Shown here: in pieces, positions 31,311-40,300 of the stretch
Layout: every line of letters starts with the position of its first letter
Numbering within the stretch: position 1 is the stretch's first letter
DNA from: a virus
IMG/VR virus record: IMGVR_UViG_3300027852_000049
Location: 1 to 50,548 of that record
DNA: 50,548 bases
Reading direction: 5' to 3' (one strand)
Notes under the pieces: generated by a model
What the model was told of the DNA's origin: nothing
Database searches by the model: none
The model's input: only the letters and a program-made list of their open reading frames with translations
Program-made: the position numbers and the translations under genes

Positions 31311-32960
31311 ATGGCTTGGATAGATGATTACAGTGTGGATTTCGCAACAGGGAACGTGAGACATGTTTCGGGTACAACTCGTTACCCTATTATTGATATG
31401 CATAGAGCGTTGATTAGTTTAGCGGGTCAAGCGACAGCTAGTGGTGATGACTTAGGTGATATCACAGATCTGTTTGTACCGAGTAAACGTGCGTCTGATA
31501 CAGACATAACGTTGAACTCACCTATGAACATTGATGATACAGCTGCTCAATTTATGTACGGTGGTTCGATCACATACGGTGTCGCGGCCGCTGAAAAATA
31601 TTCAGGTCTTGCCATCGGTGGGAAGTATGCCGCTGATGCTTTACCGCAGGTGTTTCAGGATAATCTGAAACTTACAAATTACTGGGGTTTCAGTTACAGT
31701 CCTGATGCCGATCTTGGTTACGCTGTTAGATTGCTTGTTAAATCAAGAACAGGTGGTGTAGATATTGATGGTGGCAGAGTGAGGGTTCAATCACGAGGAT
31801 ACACCCACCCATTTCGTGAAGCTAAGACGGTGCTGGGTTCAAACGAATCTGTGGCTACACCGGGCGACGTGTCAATTCTTGACGTGTTCAACAGCGTAGC
31901 AATTGGTACTGTTTCTGGTTACACAGATATTGTTAACACAGAAGGTTATCAGAATATTGATTACGCCAATGGTAATGGTGCTCAACCGTACCACATGCAA
32001 TGGACCAAAGGCTCTCGTACTAAATCTGATGTTTACAGCCGTATTAAGTGGGAGACTCGTGATGGTACAGCCGAAACGCTTTACGGTCTGAACGGTGAGT
32101 TCTTCCGTGGTATTACCCATGAGATTGTTGTTGACACCCCAACTGGTACACTTGTAGATGGTGCTGGTATTACATGGGCCACTGGTACAGGACAGCTTTT
32201 AGCTATGGATAGTCCTACCGCAGCTACAAAGATTTGGATTCAACTATTAACAGGTGTTGCACCCACAGACAATGATGTACTGACAGCTGGTGGTACAGTT
32301 GCTGTCAACGTAAGTGTCACCGTCGTTGCGTTAGGTGCAGAGTCTGTTGCTGGTAACTACACCGGTTCATGGATCGGCAGCAAAGGTGCTGCACAAGCAG
32401 TTGCTGATGTCGGTAGTACTGACAGCTTCTTAGATTTGCTTGGTGTAACTCAAGCACCACCTAACCTACAATCAGCTGCTGTGGGTGGTATGGTGATTGG
32501 TGAAGACAGGGTTGCTTTAGGTAAGTCACTTGACGGGACTAGCATTAATAAATCTGAATACGCTGCTGCTGCTGGTAATGACTTGGGCGACGGCACCATT
32601 GTTGTCAGCACCACTATCAGTAATGTTCCAACGTCAGGTTGGGTGCGTATTGATAATGGGGCTGGTGGCGAAGACTCTTACAAATATTCATCATTTACAG
32701 GGTCCACATTCACATTAGACGGTATGACTTTAAGTCAGAATTATACAGCTGCTGTCAATGTATACCCTATGATTTTAGATTTAGTAGCGGCGGCTGCAAC
32801 GGAATCATCAGCATGGATTTATTCTACTGATACCATACTTGCAGGTCAGGTTGTGGATGACGGATCAGTTAACTCAACACCGACTATTCCGTTCCCATTG
32901 TCAGGAAGTTTCACCGAAACCGGTTTTAGCGTAAGTATCGTTCGTACACCGGATGCGTAA
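31311..32960 (+). CDS. virion structural protein
   Basis: 549-aa ORF with an AAGAGGA SD and G/T/A/V-rich composition. Confidence 0.45.
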   Translation: MAWIDDYSVDFATGNVRHVSGTTRYPIIDMHRALISLAGQATASGDDLGDITDLFVPSKRASDTDITLNSPMNIDDTAAQFMYGGSITYGVAAAEKYSGLAIGGKYAADALPQVFQDNLKLTNYWGFSYSPDADLGYAVRLLVKSRTGGVDIDGGRVRVQSRGYTHPFREAKTVLGSNESVATPGDVSILDVFNSVAIGTVSGYTDIVNTEGYQNIDYANGNGAQPYHMQWTKGSRTKSDVYSRIKWETRDGTAETLYGLNGEFFRGITHEIVVDTPTGTLVDGAGITWATGTGQLLAMDSPTAATKIWIQLLTGVAPTDNDVLTAGGTVAVNVSVTVVALGAESVAGNYTGSWIGSKGAAQAVADVGSTDSFLDLLGVTQAPPNLQSAAVGGMVIGEDRVALGKSLDGTSINKSEYAAAAGNDLGDGTIVVSTTISNVPTSGWVRIDNGAGGEDSYKYSSFTGSTFTLDGMTLSQNYTAAVNVYPMILDLVAAAATESSAWIYSTDTILAGQVVDDGSVNSTPTIPFPLSGSFTETGFSVSIVRTPDA

Positions 32961-32962
32961 GT

Positions 32963-34165
32963 ATGCCTTTAAGTGCTGACTGGGATGCTAAGATAATAAC
33001 GATACCAGTGTCAGAAATGACACTGGTTACTGGTACTCGTTATAAACTCACAGTCGCTTACTGGTGGGTACTTTTAAGGGAACTCAACGGTTCAGATCAA
33101 GGGGTGGTCGATACAGTAAACGCTCCTTTATTTCAGAATACATCACCCACTACTACTACCCCTCGAATTGTTGAAGTAATTAATGGTTGGCAAGTGGCTT
33201 ATGAAAGTGGCACTTATTCATTGGAGTTCACGGATGGTAACACTAACATCAGGGAAGTTGAAATAACTAACCCCGGTGTCAGTGTTGGTACTAACAATAC
33301 CTCCGCTTTAATTAACCCTACAGTGCTTGAAGCTGGTGTATTCGGTGGTAGAGTTGTTGTTGACATACTTTACGGTGTGGGAGGTACAGGTAAAACACCC
33401 ACTGGTGATATTATCGGAACGTTCCGTGCACCAAGTAATAATATAACCGACGCTATTAGTATCGCTGTTGGACAGGGTATTAAAGAATTATTTTTCAACG
33501 GTGACGCTGTTATTAATGAAGACTTGTCTGCTGAATACAAAATTGTGGGTGATTCACCATTTAATGTTTTAACAGCAAATCCTATCGCTGATCTCACAGG
33601 TTGTGCTATCGAGAACATGACTGTTTCAGGTGAGCTTGATGGTTTGAATATTCTTCAGGGATGTAGGATAAACAATATCACGGGGGTATCAGGCGCAGCA
33701 TACAATTGTGCGGTTAAGTCTGGTGTTGAGGTCACGGGGGACTTTGAGATGGTAGGGTGTTATTCTTCGACAGAAGGATCGTTGTTCGCTGAAATCACAC
33801 ATGTTAGTGGTAACATGATTGTACGTGATTACCACGGGTCATTAAAAATCAGCAATGTTGCAAACGGTACTCATTCGATAGGTATTGAGAACGGTGGTAG
33901 AGCTATTGTGGGTTCAGACTGTACAGGTGGTGAGGTTCATCTACGCGGATCACCGTTTGATATTGTTGATGATTCCCAAGTAGGTTGCATTGTATATGAT
34001 GAGACTGAAAGTTCTAAAGTTCGTGAGATGTATGCCCGGTTGAACTTAGATAACACTATTGATATGACACATCACGTTGATGGTCGAATAACTAGCTCTG
34101 ATAATTCAATTACGGTTAATGTAGCAGATGATGGCAATGGTGGTAAGATTACGAGCAGAACCTGA
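32963..34165 (+). CDS. virion structural protein (possible beta-helix)
   Basis: 400-aa ORF with repeated short G-x-V/I-N-type turns, for example INNITGVSGAAYNCAVKSGVEVTGDFEMVGC. Confidence 0.4.
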   Translation: MPLSADWDAKIITIPVSEMTLVTGTRYKLTVAYWWVLLRELNGSDQGVVDTVNAPLFQNTSPTTTTPRIVEVINGWQVAYESGTYSLEFTDGNTNIREVEITNPGVSVGTNNTSALINPTVLEAGVFGGRVVVDILYGVGGTGKTPTGDIIGTFRAPSNNITDAISIAVGQGIKELFFNGDAVINEDLSAEYKIVGDSPFNVLTANPIADLTGCAIENMTVSGELDGLNILQGCRINNITGVSGAAYNCAVKSGVEVTGDFEMVGCYSSTEGSLFAEITHVSGNMIVRDYHGSLKISNVANGTHSIGIENGGRAIVGSDCTGGEVHLRGSPFDIVDDSQVGCIVYDETESSKVREMYARLNLDNTIDMTHHVDGRITSSDNSITVNVADDGNGGKITSRT

Positions 34166-34371
34166 TGGGTGGCGTTGATACAATATCATTAGGGTTCCAA
34201 TGCGGTGATCCCGTCGGTGTAATATCATTAGGCTTCGTATGTGATGGGGTTAATGTAATTACACCGGTGAAGGCTCCGGGTAATCATGTCAGATTCTTCG
34301 ATCAAGCACGTGGTGAAGACGATGATATTTTAATGTTAGTAACTGCATTCATGGAGATGCTTGATGAGTAG
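34165..34371 (+). CDS. hypothetical small protein
   Basis: 68-aa ORF with a TGATG overlap upstream and an overlap with the giant gene start downstream. It contains an internal duplication, ISLGFQCGDPVGV / ISLGFVCDGVNV. Confidence 0.45.
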   Translation: MGGVDTISLGFQCGDPVGVISLGFVCDGVNVITPVKAPGNHVRFFDQARGEDDDILMLVTAFMEMLDE

Positions 34372-37300
34372 TATCAATTTCTGTTTAAAAAAATTCGGAG
34401 CTGTCACTGATGCTGATGCGGTAGCAGAGTTAGTTAAATCAGGCTTAACCGAAGAACAAGCTGTTAACCAACAGATAGCGAATATTGATTCTGAAATTGA
34501 CAGTATCGCACAGCAAGTGACCAATCAAGGTGGTAGAGTTGCCAATGACAGAGGTGCACCAATAACGGCTGATGAATTTCATGATAATCTGATAGAAGCA
34601 TTAACAGCAAGTCCTAACGGTGCGTCAGCATATGCTTACACGGCTGACGAATACGCGACAATGAAGTTAGTGTCTTATGACGACGGTCGTGCTGGATTCG
34701 CAATCAGACGAGATGGGATGATTGTATCGTTGTATAAGCATCCTGATTCACAATTGAAAGGTGTTGTCGATCTGATGATACAAGAAGCTGTAGAGCAGGG
34801 TGGTACGAGGCTTGAGGCATTTGAAGGTTTTTTAACAGAGTCCTATGGTAGAAATGGTTTTGTGGAAGCAGACCGTTATTCGTGGGATGAAAACATGGCA
34901 CCTGACAACTGGGATGCTGAAACAATGGGTAAGCCTGATGTGCTTGCCATGACATTAGATAAGGGGTTATATGATGAAGCAAGAGAAAATCAGAGTGCCA
35001 ATACAGAGGGATTACAAGACCTTGGCAGAGCACGAACAAGCGATGGAAGAGTACGACGAGAAAGTCGCCTTTCAGAAAAGCAGAATGAAGCGATCCGGGG
35101 TCGTGAAGCAGACGGCTCCCTCAAAGGGCTCCCTCGACAAGTAGGTGGTTTCAATGCGTCAGCATGGGCTAATGCGGCTTCGGTTGCTCAGGAGTATATG
35201 GCTAACGCTGGGTTGGAATATTTACCACCATCAAATTATGTAAAGGTTGATCCTGAAAGGTCTGCAAAAATAGCACAAGCTTTTGATGGGATGGACCATG
35301 CACCTAACGATCCTGAAGTTGCGGCTGCATATACTGCAATGATCAATGAAACGATCGAACAATATAGAGCTATCGTTAACAGTGGGTTGAAAGTTGAATT
35401 TATAGACGGTGCTGATCCGTACGAAAGCAGCCCTCGAATGATGACCGATGACGTACGTGACAATAATCACATGTACGTTTTCTCAACACGCGAAGGGTTT
35501 GGGTCAGATGATAATTTTGACCCTGTTGACAACCCTTTGTTACTAGAGACTGATTTCAAGATATCAGGTCAGGTAGCACTGGCTAACGATCTATTCAGGG
35601 TAGTTCATGATTACTTCGGTCATGTTAAAGAAGGTGTGGGATTCCGTGCTGATGGTGAAGAAAATACATGGCGTTCTCACATATCGATGTACAGCCCGTT
35701 GGCTAGAAAAGCTGTTACAACCGAAACACGCGGTCAAAATAGTTGGGTAAACTATGGGCCATACGGTGAAACTAACCGGTCAGCTACCGCTGAAAATACA
35801 GTCTTTGCAGATCAAAAAATTGGGATACTACCTGACTGGGTGATGGACGATTCACAAGATCTGCACCAACAAGGTACTCCTGATTTAGACATGTCTGATA
35901 AGGCAAGAATGCGACGTGCTAAAGATATGGGCTTTGACATCAATACTACATATTATCACGGGTCACCTGATAGCCGTGGTATATGGGATGAAGGTTTTGA
36001 TAAAAAAGGTTCCGTGGGAATAGGTGAGAATAGACCATTCTTTTTCAGTAGTGATAAGCGATTAGCATCTAGTTACGCTGATGACAATCGTGCCTTTGAT
36101 TATCAAAACGCGGTAGCTGAGACAATTCCCGTCAGACTTAAAATGACAAACCCTAAACGTATCCGATGGGACGGTGGGGGTTTCCGTGGAAAAAGGAACG
36201 GTAAAACTTATTCCATCGATGAGGAGATTAATATCGCTCGTGAACAAGGTCATGATGGTTTGATAGTTGATAACATTCGTGACGAGTATGCAATGACTGG
36301 TGCACCGGGTAATGTGACTGTTGTCTTTGAACCCTCTCAGATAAGGTCAGTCAACGCGGCTTTCGACCCGGCTCTTGAGGATAGTTCAAGGTTGCTTTAC
36401 CAATCACAAACACCTGTCAATGAGTTAGGTTTTTACAGTGGTGTCAATAAAGCTGTAATGGACATGAATTTTCCGCAGTGGAAAAAAGGTGGTAAGCAGT
36501 TAACAGAAGTTGAGTCAGCACGACTTGATGAGCTAAACCTGATCAGCTACAACATTAAGGATGATAACGACCCGTTAGCTATTGAGTTAGCAGCACTTGA
36601 GCAGAAGCAACGTGTATCAGAAGGTCTGGTGTCTGGTGCTGAAATTTTAGCAAAGCTGAAAAAGACAGGTGGTGTTAAAGAAGTTGAAGTGAAATGGCTT
36701 GGTCTTAATGAGTTCTTACAGTTGCGAGACAAATACACCCGTGATGAAGTAATGGAATTTGTACAAGAGAATGGTCTTGAAGTGGTGGAGACAGTTGCTG
36801 ATGAGTTAGAGAATGATCAAGAATTAACCACTCTTGAATGGGACAGCGGTACTATATGGGATGATCCTGAAGCGTGGGATCATGACATTGAATATTACTC
36901 TGATGAAGCTGAAGACAATGGGATATTGGACAGAGTGGTTGAAAGTCTTCTTGAAAGAAATTCAGATCGTTACAACGAAGAAAAAGAAGATGATGAGTCT
37001 GCTGTTGAATATTTTACAAGGCTTGATGATGAATACGGACTCACCGATGAGGTTCGTGACGAAGCTGAAAGTATGGCTGAAGAAGCGTACATGTATAACC
37101 CAGTGTATATATATTCAGCCCAAAACGATGGTGTTGATCTGTTTATTTTTGGTAACGATGAACAAGGGTATAGTATAAGGAAAGACGACTGGCGTAACTG
37201 GAACAACAGCGTTACAGACATTGAAATTTATTCATTGAATGAGGCTGAAATACAGGCTGAAAACTATGCTCGTGAGGAAGAATTAATAGGCTATGCCGAT

Positions 37301-40300
37301 GATCAAGATGGAAATGTAGCTAAATGGTCCGACTACAATATTGAAGACACACCTTGGGATAACTACAGAGAGATTAAGCTTCAACTTCCTCAGATGGATA
37401 GTTTCTACCATAACGTGCATTTTGACGAAGAGAATATTGTGGCATTCTTGAGGGTCACAGATCGTGATCTTTATGTCACACCAAGAAGACAGTTGACCAA
37501 AGAGGAACGGGCGCACGTCGAACATCCTGATAACGCTGAGATACAGAACGAGATCGAGGCCGTTGAGAAGTTATTACCCGCTGAATTTGACCGCATACAG
37601 CAGTTACTTAAGGATAATATCAAAGACGAAGATGCACATAAGTTTGAAGAGAAGCTAAACGATTACACATCGTGGGAAGGTATTGCAAGCGCGATAGGTC
37701 TTGATGAAAGTTCTGTCAGTGGTTACAGGATGATGAAAAAAAGCATCACCAACCTTAATGATCTTAAGTTCAAGAACAACACCCCTCTGAACTCAACAGA
37801 AGCACGGTATGGACGGGCTGGTATAGAGAAAGCTAACACGTACTTTATCGATGAGTATCAATCTGATTGGGCTTCTGAAGGGCGTGAGCAAGGGTTCAAG
37901 ACTGGTGAGCGTGATGTCATTGAAATGGAGGAAGAGGTATTAGCTCTATCAGGAGCTTTAAACAATGAAATATTAAGTAAGTATAGTGAGTTTGTTGAAC
38001 CATATCTTGCTGACATAGAAGAAGAGCTGGGTCTATCTGACCCTGAAAGTGAATTTAATAAATTTGTGTTTTCAAATAAATTTCAATCGTTAATCAAAAG
38101 TAATTTCCAACACATCAAAGAAGGCTATGAGGGTGCGATATTAGATAAGATTATTGATATCGCTAAAGACATCGAGGCGGCTGATAAAGAGTGGTTGTAT
38201 GGGTTAAGAGATAGAATTAAGCAGATCGAGACACTTGATAAAGCAGTACAAGGTGAGCAAAACGGTGTATCGGACATGCCGTTAAAAGGTGATTTGTGGA
38301 TACCCTTTGGTCTTAAGCGAGCAATCACTGATGCTATTGAAAATGGTTACGAAGCAATTGCATGGCCTAATAATGAAGCATTACAACAGCGGTGGTCACG
38401 TAGTTATAATTACGAAGCTCAGTATGACAAAAAAATGCCTTCTGTGATGAAGAAGTTGATGGGTGAAACACCTGTACAGCTCACATTTAAGGGTGGTGAA
38501 ATTACAGATCATAGAGATAATTACACAATTAACAAAGTGCCTTTCGGGAAGAACGGTCATAAGTTTGAGGTGCGTACATCAAGCACTGCTGGTGAAGCTG
38601 CTAAGACCGCACCATTAGTTGTGGATACGAAAGCCGATGCTGAAAAGCACATAAATAGTTTGTTGAGAGGTCGTGATAAAATACAGAGCGGTTACTGGAC
38701 TATACCTATCACTGACAAGTTGAAAGCTGATGTGCAGAAGTCAGGGTTCCCTTTGTACCAAGAATACCGTGGGTCGTTCAACCCTGAAACAATGGTGATG
38801 AAGCTAGGGGAAAGTTCTGACCTATCTACATTCTTACATGAATCAGCTCACTTTTTCTTAGAGATGGAAAAGCAATTTGTAAGAGACTACGGTAACACTG
38901 ATGATCACGAGACGTTATTGAAGTGGTTGAATGTTTCGTCATTGGAAAATATCACTGTTGAACACCATGAAAAATTTGCTGAGACTTTTGAAGCGTACTT
39001 ACGGACAGGCAAGTCACCTTCTGCGAAACTACGTAACGTGTTCACGGAATTTGCTGACTGGTTAAGTCGTATCTATAAGACTCTTATTGACTCACGATTG
39101 ACAAGATCAAAGCTCGACCCTGAAATCACAGGTGTGATGGATCGGTTGTTAGCCACCAAAGCTGAGATAGAATCAGAACTTTCAAGCCCACAATATGACG
39201 AACTGTTTAGGTCTAAAGAGCAAGCTGGTATGACTGATAAACAATGGGAAAAATATCAGCAGGATATCAGTAAGCGTAAGACCGTTGCCCAAGGTGACAT
39301 CAACGATAAAGTGCTTAAAGAATACCGTAAGCGTTTGAGTAAAGAATGGCGTAAGGAAGAAAGTGAGATCCGTGATGCTGAAATTGAAAGGTTGGATCAG
39401 ACACCACCTTACCGTCTGATTAAAGCCCTCAAGACTTACAAGATGAACAAGGCGGAGATTCACGATATTGTGGATACAACCACCTTGACTGATGCTCAAC
39501 GTCGCAAACTTAATAGTTTTGTTAGTGACAATGAAGCAGCCATGAACCCTGTTGAAGTAGCAGAAGAGTTTGAATTTGAAAATGCTCAAGATATGGTGGC
39601 CACCATCTTAGGGTTAACACCGGTGAAAGAAGCAGCTAAGGTCATTGCTGAGCAAAAAATGAAGGACAAGTACGGTGACTTTATTAACGATGGATCACTT
39701 GAAGCTGAGGTTCGTCAAGCCGTACGTAATGACCAACAAGCTAAAATTTTAATGCACGAGATTAAAGCTCTCGACAAGAAGTCTAAAATTAATAGGACAT
39801 ATCTGAAAGATGAAGCTGCTCGAATGATTGCCTCTATGAAGTTTGGTGAAATTCGTCCTAATAAATATTATCGTAATGAGATTAAAGCTGCACAAGATGC
39901 TGTTACTGCTAAAAGTGCTGATGAGAAACTTCATGCTAAGACACGACAACTAGCTAATCATTATTTATACAAGGAAGCACTTGCTACTAAAGAGAAGATA
40001 GAAAAGCACCGTAAGTACATTAAGAACGTTCAGTCATTCGATTATGGAAGTACAGTAGAGGCTAGTTATGTGGCCAATATGAAAATGCTATCAGAGTCAT
40101 ATGACATGAGGAAAAATCCTGATCAACCACGTAACGTTGAGTCGTTGATCAATTGGATGATTACACAAACTGAAGATATCAATAACTTCGTGAGTCTTGA
40201 GATCCTTGATGTAAATTTGGCAACCATGCTGTCGCGTCGTGATAATGGTGAGACTGTGAATTACACGTTGCCTACGTGGGAAGAAATGACTGCTGCTGAA